Shown in pieces: positions 47,230-56,231 of a DNA stretch of 64,000 bases (the first letter of the stretch is position 1; each line of letters opens with the position of its first letter). The position numbers and the translations under genes are program-made. A model generated the notes under the pieces. It searched no databases and was not told where the DNA came from. It was given only the letters and a program-made list of their open reading frames with translations. The stretch is taken from the IMG/VR virus record IMGVR_UViG_3300044640_002221, positions 32,001 through 96,000 of that record; one strand, 5' to 3'. Source of the DNA: a virus.

Positions 47230-47520
47230 GTGCTGGCGTAACAGCCTAGAGGTTAACTATCGTTCTGAGAATAACGTATAAGACCTTGTTCTAGGGTTTT
47301 ATCGAGCGTTGACCCTTAATGGTTGAGCTTTGATAAATAAGAACTTTGAGCTTTTAGGATTGAAAGTTGAACTTTGAAGGTTGAGCTTTGAAGTCTTTTC
47401 TTCGGATGGTTCACTGACCACTAAAGAACGATACGCTTTATGTACACTTCGCCGAGTGTTGGTTAGCCTTTGCCCCAGCTAGAGGGTTCTCTGATTTAAG
47501 TTATTCGCTATGACAGCACT
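47229..47520 (-). ncRNA. Candidate structured ncRNA with an internal heptamer-repeat array
   Basis: ORF-free; ends pair (GUGCUG/CAGCAC, AUAGC/GCUGU); about 12 UCAANNN-type 7-mers at 47299-47391; followed by a hairpin. Confidence 0.65.
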
Positions 47521-47533
47521 GTAATTATAACAC

Positions 47534-48157
47534 CTAAACTTCGATTGTGGTTGTGGAGTTACTAACTGAGATAATGTCATCTACATTATTCATAAAAGCC
47601 TCTACGTCATCATGAAGTTTATTGATTAAAGTAACCAAGTTGAGCGGATCTATAGCAGTAGCTTGATTACGTTCTAAAAAAGGTGTAGCAACGGCTTTAT
47701 AGTCTGACTCTGCTATATCAGTCTTTCCTTGAAAGGTAGACTTGATTAAGTCATCTAACCTATCAGAAACTCTGTTATTTAGGGAAGTCACGGTAGATTC
47801 TACTTTCTTCAGCTGCTGCTGCATTACTTTACCAAGCTGTAGTCGGTACAGGATAGACTGTTTAGTCTCAATAGCAGCGGCTACAGTGTACTCCTTACCA
47901 GCAATAGTAACTTTGGTTGCGCCGTTACTGTTAACTATTGCTTGCTTGATTTTCTCACGATAGTCAATAAGGTCGTTAATAGCCTGGTAACTGCTCTTAA
48001 TAGCTTTTTCTAACTCTTCTTGGCTTCGGTAGCCTACTGGCAGCTGACCTGGCTTTTCCATTAAGAAGACAAAAGTAGACTCAGAAGTGAGTTTTGTGAT
48101 GCGATCGCCTAAAGTTTTGAGTTCTTTGAGGGCGCGAGTGATTGTTAAGGTTGTCAT
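47534..48157 (-). CDS. Conserved coiled-coil protein (DUF6847/DIP1984-like)
   Basis: TITRALKELKTL..RI, DLIDYREKIKQAIVNSN..T.V.IAG..YTVAAAIE.K, D.FM..VD..ISVSNSTT. Confidence 0.65.
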   Translation of the reverse strand: MTTLTITRALKELKTLGDRITKLTSESTFVFLMEKPGQLPVGYRSQEELEKAIKSSYQAINDLIDYREKIKQAIVNSNGATKVTIAGKEYTVAAAIETKQSILYRLQLGKVMQQQLKKVESTVTSLNNRVSDRLDDLIKSTFQGKTDIAESDYKAVATPFLERNQATAIDPLNLVTLINKLHDDVEAFMNNVDDIISVSNSTTTIEV

Positions 48158-48192
48158 AAAGAAGATTGATTGTTGAATGTGAATATTGTAAC

Positions 48193-48828
48193 TTAATCTG
48201 GAAGACTTGGTAGCTGTACTAGAGAAGTATCTACCTCGGTTAGCATTGCCTCTTGTGAATGTAGAATCCCCGTGTCTTTAGACCTGGGAGTGTCAAGCTG
48301 TATTTTCTTAAGTGTCTTCACTTTACTAACAACTGTTTCACTGATATTCTGCCATAAAACATTAATAGGAGTCTGAAGAATCTCTATAATAGTAAGTGGG
48401 GCTGGTGGAATAACAACAGCTTTTGATGACTGTTCCTCTACGTCTGCTGATCTTAAAGCTTTTACATTAGATTTTGCGTTAGTCACCATCGTAGTAGATT
48501 CTAGGCTGCCAAAATCAAGTTCTAACTGGATAAACTCTTTATTGAGCTTACTTTCTTCTACTATCTCTGGATTAACTTTATTCTCTACAAAGTGTGTAGC
48601 TATGTTAGATAAAAGTAATGGAAAGTAGACAGCTCCAATACAAACTGTGATCAGACTTAAAGTTATTAGCTGTAGTGCTTTCAAACTTAGCAAGATAGCT
48701 TCTTTGAGTTGTTTTAAGGATTCTTCTGTCCACAAATCATTCTTGGCGTAATGAATAACTTGCTGAGTGTACAAGTCTAAACGCTCTTCTAAAGTTGTTA
48801 AAAGTTCTTTTTGACTGGGTAAATACAT
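48193..48828 (-). CDS. Hypothetical membrane protein
   Basis: One hydrophobic segment LITLSLITVCIGAVYFPLLL. Confidence 0.55.
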   Translation of the reverse strand: MYLPSQKELLTTLEERLDLYTQQVIHYAKNDLWTEESLKQLKEAILLSLKALQLITLSLITVCIGAVYFPLLLSNIATHFVENKVNPEIVEESKLNKEFIQLELDFGSLESTTMVTNAKSNVKALRSADVEEQSSKAVVIPPAPLTIIEILQTPINVLWQNISETVVSKVKTLKKIQLDTPRSKDTGILHSQEAMLTEVDTSLVQLPSLPD

Positions 48829-48925
48829 AATTCTTTTCCTTTCTGTTAATTAAATAGTTTGGGGAGTCATAAGACCCCCCCTCTTTCTCTTTTCTTTTCT
48901 TTTCGTTTCTCTTACTTTGAGCTTA

Positions 48926-49186
48926 CTAAAACGGCTCTTGATAGCTTGGATCTAGCTTACTAAACCAATGTTTTATCCTTAAAGTTAGATAAGCCTTTAG
49001 AAGTCTTAACTGCTCTAATAAAGATGGGCTTAATTCTACACAATCAGTTTCTTCTACTATGCTGTAGTCTGTAAATACTAGAAATGTAGCACCATAACTG
49101 TTACCAGAACAGTCACCATACAACTCTAGCTCCGAAACCTTGTCTTTCAGCTTCTTGATTCCTTGATTTTTGATTAGATAGTACAT
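48926..49186 (-). CDS. Hypothetical protein
   Basis: ORF track. Confidence 0.55.
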   Translation of the reverse strand: MYYLIKNQGIKKLKDKVSELELYGDCSGNSYGATFLVFTDYSIVEETDCVELSPSLLEQLRLLKAYLTLRIKHWFSKLDPSYQEPF

Positions 49187-49226
49187 ACTACTCTTCTCCT
49201 TCCTGCTTTCTCTTTTCTTTTTTTTC

Positions 49227-49505
49227 TTACATAGCCAGCTCTGTTATGATTGGGTCTACTTCTATACCCAGTTCCTTTCTCAACAAAGTTAAGTTAGGTT
49301 TTGTGTCCTCAAAGCAAGTATTTCTTGATGTGCTGTATCTTTCTAAGATATTAGTAGTTCTGTTATAGATACCTTCTGGATATAGTGTTTCTGCATCCAG
49401 CCCTGCTTGAAGATAGAAATATGCTCCTGCGTAAGTATCCTCCTCCTGAGACCATAGAACTCCGTAACGCCAGGATAAGGCTACATAGTTATTTATCTTC
49501 TTCAT
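49227..49505 (-). CDS. Hypothetical protein
   Basis: ORF track. Confidence 0.55.
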   Translation of the reverse strand: MKKINNYVALSWRYGVLWSQEEDTYAGAYFYLQAGLDAETLYPEGIYNRTTNILERYSTSRNTCFEDTKPNLTLLRKELGIEVDPIITELAM

Positions 49506-49959
49506 TCAATACTCCTGTTAAACTAAAAGACTTCTCAGCTTTATCTAATGAGTTTCTTTCTATTCGCATCCAGTCACGCATCCAGCCGTCTACTTGACCG
49601 CGAACTGCATCCTCAAGAGGCTCACGAATCTTCATGGTTAACTGTCTGCCATACTCTGCTACTAGAGTGTCCACTAACTTCCTAAGATTTCTATCACCAA
49701 AGCGATCGGCTATCTCATGAATCTGCTCTTTAGTTATGCTGGCGGCTATTGCTCTGATTATTCTGTCTTCTTCTTCTAAGAGATCCTCAAGATGCTTTAT
49801 TTTTTGTTGATGCTCTTCTAACTGCTTCTCATATCTATTTAGAGAACACATTAAGTCTACTGTCTGCTCAAGTCTTGAAGAAAGACTATTTACTTTCTCT
49901 GTTAGTTTAAGAAGCTCTCTGACTCCCAAAAGACTTCTAGCAAGGTTTGTAATGTTCAT
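49489..49959 (-). CDS. Hypothetical coiled-coil protein
   Basis: ORF track. Confidence 0.6.
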   Translation of the reverse strand: MNITNLARSLLGVRELLKLTEKVNSLSSRLEQTVDLMCSLNRYEKQLEEHQQKIKHLEDLLEEEDRIIRAIAASITKEQIHEIADRFGDRNLRKLVDTLVAEYGRQLTMKIREPLEDAVRGQVDGWMRDWMRIERNSLDKAEKSFSLTGVLNEEDK

Positions 49960-49991
49960 AATTGTTTAGGGTAGCTTAACTCCCCATTTCA

Positions 49992-52238
49992 TTAAATCTT
50001 GACTGTTGTTTCACCTAGTACAAAAGAAACCTTTGCTTGAACTCCATCAAACTGACCTTGTAGAGTACAGTTATCGCGGCTGTCAAACTCCGGGAACCAT
50101 TGTTTACCAAGGATAACTGAGAACTTACTGCGCTGTACTTGCGATCGCAGTTCACGCTGACGTTTCTTAACTACTTCTATCTGGCACTCCAGCCAGCCTT
50201 TAATAACTTCATCCTTACAGTTCTCTATGCAAGTTTTGAAGTAGATTAAAGTATGTACCATTGCTGTAAGAGGAGTTCCAGCTTTAAGAGTGTGAGTTTC
50301 TTCCAGAGCCTCAACAGCTTTCTCAACTTTGGGTAAAGAACTCCAGCCTGCTACTTTTAGCTCAAAGGTCTTCACTTGGTATTGATCTGTTACATCTTCC
50401 TTAACTGTTGGTGGTGCAAATCCATTCTTAGTTATACCTTTAGACTGCAGGAACGCTGTCTGCTCTTTTGTGTAACCTTCAAAGGAAACTTGTTCTGGTG
50501 TTACTTCAGCCAGAAGATATTTATAAACCTTTAGCTTGGCTCCCAGAACTTCATCCTCTACTGCTAAGTTAGCTAGAGTTTGACCTGCACCAAGTTGTCT
50601 TGCTGATTCGGCGATCGCTTGATTGATGAGAGGTAGTTTATATAGTTCTGCTACTCCTTCTCTCCTGGAGCGCGTTGTTATATAAGTACCCCAATTCTCT
50701 AGCTCTTGGTTAAAGGGTTCTTGGTTGAAGATGTCAGAGATAGCTTCATCTGATAATGCTAATGGCAGTCTTGAAGTCCACAGATGACCATCTTTAATGA
50801 TTGTGTAGTTTCTCCAGGTATAGGTGCTTATAGCGGCTGTAAGCCCTACTTCATCTGCATCTGGCAGATAAACAATGCCCGGTATCCTAACCAAAGCTGA
50901 CAGACTCAACTTTGAGCTATTCCAAGTCAAGCCCGCAATATCAGAACTTGCTCCTTGGATGGGCTGGAACTCTGGATATCCTTCTGCCGTTACTGTCTTT
51001 CTACCTGTACGCTTGTACTTAAAGTCAGGATGAGAAGGTAAGAAAGAAGCATTATGTTCTAGCAGCTTATCTAACAAGTCCAAAACACAAAAAACATTTT
51101 TATCTGGCTGGGGATTTGCTTGGTAGCCAAATGGATATCTGTTACGAACAGGGTTAGGATAGCCAATTGAGTTAAGCGGAGGTATTGGTTTGAAAATGTT
51201 AGCTACTTGATTCTCAAACTCTCCATGCTCTTGTGCAGTAAAAGCTCTATTAAGTCCCTCGAATAGAAACTTATTACCAATTGCAGATGAAAGAGCGATC
51301 GCGTCAGCAGTCTTCATTCTTTGGTTGAGAACTACAGCCCCTGCTAAAGCACCATCAATTAATGAATGATAATCTGGGTCATTAAACTTCAAGTCATTGA
51401 TAACTACTTTCTTAGAGTCACCAGCTACATCATTACTAATGAAGTAAACAGAGAAAGTGTCCCCTACGCTAGGCGGAGAGACTAATACTTCCCCAAAGGC
51501 TTGCTCATAACTACAGATGCCACTGTGAAGAGTAAAGACGTTTAAAATCTCACCCATACCATCAAGCTCAACATTAACTTTCTTTACAGTAGGCATCCCT
51601 TCTATAAAGTCAGTCATTGCACGCCCATAGTCTTGTTGGTCTGAACAGTGGCGTAACTCCCCACCAACTTCAGCAGCCATTTGTGCTAATAATTCTTTGT
51701 TGTAGTAGTCACCATAACCAATAAACTGCGCGGAAGTGAGTCTAGACTCCAACTTTGATAAAGCAGAGCTGATGCTCTCTACTTCCTTTTTATAGTTATT
51801 TACTACTGGATAGCCGTCTGTGAACAACCACAGCGCAAAGTTTGTACTAATCCATGACAACTCCTCAATAACATTTAAAGAGTCTTGTAGAATCTCAGAG
51901 AAGCAAGTGAGAGACAAGGATTGTTTGTACTTGTTTAGCTCCTGATCCAGCTTGTTGTGGTCTTCTTCTGTCGTCAGCTTCAAGCCTTTAAAGACAAAGC
52001 GGTACATTCCTTCCGAGCTAAAGTATCCAAAAGATAAAGTGTCTTGTGTGTTTAACTCTCTATGGCTTGTCTTGAGGTCGTCAATTAGTCTTGGCAGTTC
52101 TCTACTCATAGAACCGCTGCGGTCTACTAACCAAATGTGGTTTACTGCCGCTCTGACCTTGCTTTCTACCCGAGACTTAACAGTAACGAACTGTTCGTTC
52201 AAGTAGAGGTCTCCAAACTTGATATGTCTGTTAGTCAT
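49992..52238 (-). CDS. vWA-domain protein
   Basis: MIDAS WLVDRSGSM, LT, LFTDGYP in the N-terminal third. Confidence 0.8.
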   Translation of the reverse strand: MTNRHIKFGDLYLNEQFVTVKSRVESKVRAAVNHIWLVDRSGSMSRELPRLIDDLKTSHRELNTQDTLSFGYFSSEGMYRFVFKGLKLTTEEDHNKLDQELNKYKQSLSLTCFSEILQDSLNVIEELSWISTNFALWLFTDGYPVVNNYKKEVESISSALSKLESRLTSAQFIGYGDYYNKELLAQMAAEVGGELRHCSDQQDYGRAMTDFIEGMPTVKKVNVELDGMGEILNVFTLHSGICSYEQAFGEVLVSPPSVGDTFSVYFISNDVAGDSKKVVINDLKFNDPDYHSLIDGALAGAVVLNQRMKTADAIALSSAIGNKFLFEGLNRAFTAQEHGEFENQVANIFKPIPPLNSIGYPNPVRNRYPFGYQANPQPDKNVFCVLDLLDKLLEHNASFLPSHPDFKYKRTGRKTVTAEGYPEFQPIQGASSDIAGLTWNSSKLSLSALVRIPGIVYLPDADEVGLTAAISTYTWRNYTIIKDGHLWTSRLPLALSDEAISDIFNQEPFNQELENWGTYITTRSRREGVAELYKLPLINQAIAESARQLGAGQTLANLAVEDEVLGAKLKVYKYLLAEVTPEQVSFEGYTKEQTAFLQSKGITKNGFAPPTVKEDVTDQYQVKTFELKVAGWSSLPKVEKAVEALEETHTLKAGTPLTAMVHTLIYFKTCIENCKDEVIKGWLECQIEVVKKRQRELRSQVQRSKFSVILGKQWFPEFDSRDNCTLQGQFDGVQAKVSFVLGETTVKI

Positions 52239-52398
52239 GTTTATTGCTTTCTACTAGTAAATCAAACTTCATCTTTAGGTTGTCATACTGCTCTCTCCAG
52301 TAACAAACGTCGCATAGAGAAAGACTTTCACCTAAAGGTCTGCCACAATGTCCAGGGTTTATAGCATAGCTGCCACATACTCTACATTTAGTTCTCAT
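52231..52398 (-). CDS. Small Zn-finger protein (55 aa)
   Basis: Hand translation MRTKCRVCGSYAINPGHCGRPLGESLSLCDVCYWREQY... Confidence 0.7.
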   Translation of the reverse strand: MRTKCRVCGSYAINPGHCGRPLGESLSLCDVCYWREQYDNLKMKFDLLVESNKHD

Positions 52399-52810
52399 TC
52401 TCTTTTCTTTTTTCTTCCAGTTTTCCTAGCACAAGGCTAACAAAGCCTTGTATTTTATCTACAAACATTGGTATTGCTATATGTAGCTCTTCAGAAGAGG
52501 GTACTCCACTATCAGGTAAGTGTAGGTGCTTTGGCATTACTTCTGTCCATATAGCCGGAGAGTATTCGGTTTCCTCAATATCTTCTGAGTTAGTTACCCA
52601 AAGCCAACCTGCAGTTTCACCCAAGTCTGTTAAAACAACACCTTCGTTTTTTAGCTTGCTTATTGGGTTTACATAAACATCTATCACTGTGCCATCTGGT
52701 AACGTAAATGGAGTTGAAACTTTTATTTTGCATTTTGGTACAGGTTTATTAAGCCACTCGCAGCTATAACCCTGACCAAGCTGAAGCTGTAATTGATTAG
52801 GTGTGAGCAT
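52388..52810 (-). CDS. DUF1828-like protein
   Basis: STPFTLPDGTVIDVYV...LTDLGET..WL. Confidence 0.55.
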   Translation of the reverse strand: MLTPNQLQLQLGQGYSCEWLNKPVPKCKIKVSTPFTLPDGTVIDVYVNPISKLKNEGVVLTDLGETAGWLWVTNSEDIEETEYSPAIWTEVMPKHLHLPDSGVPSSEELHIAIPMFVDKIQGFVSLVLGKLEEKRKENEN

Positions 52811-52878
52811 GAGATAAAAAAGATAAAAAGAAAATAAAAAAATAAAAGAGGAAGATTTTTTCTGCTTCCTCTTTTTAT
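52811..52878 (-). terminator. Rho-independent terminator
   Basis: AAAAGAGGAAG/CTTCCTCTTTT stem with a long T-rich tract on the minus strand. Confidence 0.65.
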
Positions 52879-52889
52879 CTTGTTGTAGC

Positions 52890-53813
52890 TTACACTAGGT
52901 CTAAGTCTTTGCTGAAAGCCTTAGTTGTGCGATCGTGTAGCTTAATCAAGTCTTTGAAACAGTCATCAACCTTCTTTTCACCTACGACTCCTATTAGCTT
53001 ACAAACCGCAACGTCTTCAGCTTCTTCCTCATCATGGGAGTAAATATCCCAATCTGAATATCTCCAAGGCTTAGGAGTGAGTCGAGCTCTAAAGGTTTCT
53101 TGGCTTCTACATAGCAGGGAGTATTTAGGGTCAGCATAGAGATTAGTCATCAGCACTTTAGTTTTTGGGCTTGATGGCGACCACTCTTTTGAAGTCTCAA
53201 TATACCGAAGACCTCCAGCAGTTCTATAGACTCTGAAGTCTCCGCCATTTTCAGCCTGCCATGCTCTAAGAGCTCCTAGAGCTTGTTTTTCACTAACTAC
53301 AGCTTCAGAATAGCCATCAGCTTTTCCCGCTATGTCCACATCAACTATCAACATTCTTTCAGCGTTAAGCACTGTAGCTTGATAGCTGTTAACTGTAGTA
53401 ATGCCCTGAAAGACCTCTTTGTAGTAATACTCATCTTCTACCTCCTCTGTAAGAACAGAGTAGCCTGCGTTATACCAGTCACGCTCTAGAAAGCTGTCAT
53501 TGTAGTTTAAGAACTCAGCTTTTGGAAATCTGTAAGGAATGACTTTCCACAGTTCTTGCTTCTCTCTAGCTGATAAACACTTATTCCATATTTCGAGGTA
53601 AGGTTTAGCCTCCGCAAAGTCATCAGTCCGGCTTAGTACCAACTCATGAATATAGGTGTTAACTTCAGCTTGTGCATCATTAAATCTTCTTCTTCTACTA
53701 GCCCAATACTTTAACTTTTTAAGCAGAGTAGGATACTTTTGTTTAAACTGTTGAAAGTTGCGTGGATGGCCTACCATCTCACTTCTGTGACTTTTATAAG
53801 CCATTTGTCTCAC
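52890..53813 (-). CDS. Conserved hypothetical protein with AEP-like motifs
   Basis: LIVDVD, RVYRTAGGLR, DPKY..LC..QETFRARLTPKPWR. Confidence 0.5.
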   Translation of the reverse strand: MRQMAYKSHRSEMVGHPRNFQQFKQKYPTLLKKLKYWASRRRRFNDAQAEVNTYIHELVLSRTDDFAEAKPYLEIWNKCLSAREKQELWKVIPYRFPKAEFLNYNDSFLERDWYNAGYSVLTEEVEDEYYYKEVFQGITTVNSYQATVLNAERMLIVDVDIAGKADGYSEAVVSEKQALGALRAWQAENGGDFRVYRTAGGLRYIETSKEWSPSSPKTKVLMTNLYADPKYSLLCRSQETFRARLTPKPWRYSDWDIYSHDEEEAEDVAVCKLIGVVGEKKVDDCFKDLIKLHDRTTKAFSKDLDLV

Positions 53814-54105
53814 TACTCCTATTCTGTGCGGTTATGGAAGAGACTCTACAACAGTACCAATAGCTAACAGGAGTATTGCTTCTTCTATTAGTTCTTGTTA
53901 CTTCTATTAAGAATCTCTGTTGTGAAGACCTCTCAGGCTTGAACTTCCGATAGTTAGCTATATAAGGACTATACAAACTATAGAGCAGTTGTAAAGGGTC
54001 TTCACCAGCATTTACAACTGCTCTGACAATACCTATTCTTTCTACAGAGTGTTTTTTACTCCTCCAGCTCACCTGCTGATTTATCTGTACCATTGTTTCC
54101 TTCAA
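53794..54105 (-). CDS. Hypothetical protein
   Basis: ORF track. Confidence 0.55.
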   Translation of the reverse strand: MKETMVQINQQVSWRSKKHSVERIGIVRAVVNAGEDPLQLLYSLYSPYIANYRKFKPERSSQQRFLIEVTRTNRRSNTPVSYWYCCRVSSITAQNRSSETNGL

Positions 54106-54745
54106 TCTCTAATCGGTTAGTTTGAGCGATTGCTTTTAAACCTAAAGCTCTAACCTGGTCATCCATCCAAGCCGAAGCTTCTATCTTGCTGCGCGATATT
54201 GTGGCATCCATTGCTTCTTGGAAAGACTTCTCGACCCAAGGAGCTGTGTCAGTTAGATGCCTACTAACTGTTTCTGCCTTTTTTCTTAGCTCAGTCAGGT
54301 CTCCTTTGCCTGCTTTACCTTTAGAAGATAGTTCCTCAATAGCCTTCTTTAGCTCTTCTAAGGCTTCTAAGCCATCAGCTAGAGTATTCTTTAACTCTGA
54401 TTCAAATTCTGTTCTGGGTGGAGGAGGAGGGCAGTATCTTTCAACTTCTCCTTTTCCTGCTGGTGTTATCCACTCTAACGTACAGGGCGTACCAGTTCCA
54501 TTATTTAGGTTGGTTATTAACTCAGCAAACTGGTGATAAGAAAGTCTAAGAGAAATAACGCCTTTGTCCGGGTGAACATAGTTTCTACTTAATCTTCTAG
54601 TTAAGTGAGCTGTGTCAACTCTTACCTGTATATGCCCACCTAACTCTAATTCTTCTGCCATGAAGCAATTAGACTTATTACAGCCTTGTCTGGCTATAGA
54701 GATAATCCCAAAGGAAGGGTGTTCATATATTCTGTCGTTGCGCAT
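54056..54745 (-). CDS. Conserved phage protein
   Basis: HPSFG.I...QFAELIT..N.G.G.PCTL pattern plus a coiled-coil C-terminus. Confidence 0.6.
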   Translation of the reverse strand: MRNDRIYEHPSFGIISIARQGCNKSNCFMAEELELGGHIQVRVDTAHLTRRLSRNYVHPDKGVISLRLSYHQFAELITNLNNGTGTPCTLEWITPAGKGEVERYCPPPPPRTEFESELKNTLADGLEALEELKKAIEELSSKGKAGKGDLTELRKKAETVSRHLTDTAPWVEKSFQEAMDATISRSKIEASAWMDDQVRALGLKAIAQTNRLEIEGNNGTDKSAGELEE

Positions 54746-55269
54746 TATTGTTTTGCCTTTTTCTTTAACCAGTTATGAGCGTCTAACCACTCAATACTAT
54801 CTTTAGTAATCCAACACGCTCCACCACCATAAGCACCTGTTGTAGCTCTGTCAGCAGTATTGCTATAACAGAATCCAAAAGGAGGAATATTGTAGGTTTT
54901 TACCGCGTACTGAAGAAGAATATCTAATCCTACAGGCACTGTCTCGTCATAGTCAAATACTAGAACAGTAGGACTATGAGGGCTACCGTGTGAACAAACT
55001 AGGGTTTCAGAAGGATATCCGGCCTGGTGAAACAACATTATAGAAGCTTCAGAGTAGGAGAATTTAGTTAGAGTTTCTTGCTCATACAACTCAATAATCT
55101 TGCTATAAATTGCATGGGTAGAAACCTCTGTCAGTCTTTTTAGCTGAACACCAACTAAGTTTAGTTCAGACTGTAAAGCATCATACCCATTTAGAACTGA
55201 CTCAAACTCCTTGCGGTTCTCTTCACTTAGTAAGTCTAGCTGAAAGTATACCTTTGTGTAATAGTTCAT
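54745..55269 (-). CDS. Hypothetical protein
   Basis: ORF track; ends GGGACWIT...W. Confidence 0.6.
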   Translation of the reverse strand: MNYYTKVYFQLDLLSEENRKEFESVLNGYDALQSELNLVGVQLKRLTEVSTHAIYSKIIELYEQETLTKFSYSEASIMLFHQAGYPSETLVCSHGSPHSPTVLVFDYDETVPVGLDILLQYAVKTYNIPPFGFCYSNTADRATTGAYGGGACWITKDSIEWLDAHNWLKKKAKQ

Positions 55270-55328
55270 AAATTTCTTAATTGTTGAGTTGATTGGTTAG
55301 CCCTTTTACAGACTAACCGTTTAATTTA

Positions 55329-56231
55329 CTAACAGCCGCCGCGTACAGGTACTCTTACAGGCTGGCTCTCACTCATCTTATTACTTCCGGGTAACAGAGT
55401 GGTCAAATAAGCTCTTAATGATTCACCGCTATAAGGACGACGCACTACTAGACGCTCTCCAAGATTGTTTGTCTCAACATTAATGAAACAAACCTTCTCG
55501 GGTGCAGATGAACGCTCCTGCAGTTGAGATAGATATCTAAATTGAGATACTGCTAAATTAGCCGAGCGGGCGTATCTTGCTGTTTGTTCTAAGCTAACAA
55601 CATGACAAGGTTGAACTTGGATATCATAAATACCTCCTTGGTCAGGGCAAGCGCCATTAATCCAGTCAAAGTCCCCACAAGGTAAGAAACTATCACCACT
55701 AGATTGAACAAGCTTCCCAGGCTCAAAGTTACCACTCCAGTCGGTATCACGAGAAGGTCTAAAAGCTAAAGGGTTAGCTCTATCGAATGTTTCCTCTAAA
55801 GTAGAAGGCAACCAACTAGCACGGGTGTACAATACTAAGTCACCATCCCAGGTTAGGGGTATGGTTTGACTACCAGCTCTTTCAGCTAAACCAACTCTCA
55901 CGCTCTCATCTGGATGGCTTTTTAGTTTGTTCCAGAAGTTTACAAGAGGTTGATAAGGAATGCCATCATCTTGAAGCTTTCTGACTCTTGTACCGATACT
56001 GGTAGGGATAACTTCATCGTTGTAGAAATACTCTCCTGATTGATAGCGGAATGCTCCTCCTGTTGTTTCTTGGAGGTAGTTGTCTGTAGAAATCCAAGAC
56101 TCGCTAAATTCTTGATTACTTAACAACTTTGATTTAATCAAGTCAAAGTAAGAATTGCCTAAGTTGGAAATCAAGCGTGTTTGACCATTTGAGAAAACAG
56201 TAATTAAGTTATCGCTAATTAGGTACTTCAT
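55329..56231 (-). CDS. rIIB: rIIB-like protein
   Basis: Y.PLVNFW.KL..HP...IPLT.DG..V.Y; directly follows the rIIA-like gene. Confidence 0.6.
   Translation of the reverse strand: MKYLISDNLITVFSNGQTRLISNLGNSYFDLIKSKLLSNQEFSESWISTDNYLQETTGGAFRYQSGEYFYNDEVIPTSIGTRVRKLQDDGIPYQPLVNFWNKLKSHPDESVRVGLAERAGSQTIPLTWDGDLVLYTRASWLPSTLEETFDRANPLAFRPSRDTDWSGNFEPGKLVQSSGDSFLPCGDFDWINGACPDQGGIYDIQVQPCHVVSLEQTARYARSANLAVSQFRYLSQLQERSSAPEKVCFINVETNNLGERLVVRRPYSGESLRAYLTTLLPGSNKMSESQPVRVPVRGGC

Noticed and set aside
47299-47391. Heptamer array as a CRISPR mini-array or protein-coding repeat
   Set aside because: Units are only 7 nt with no spacers, and no ORF covers them
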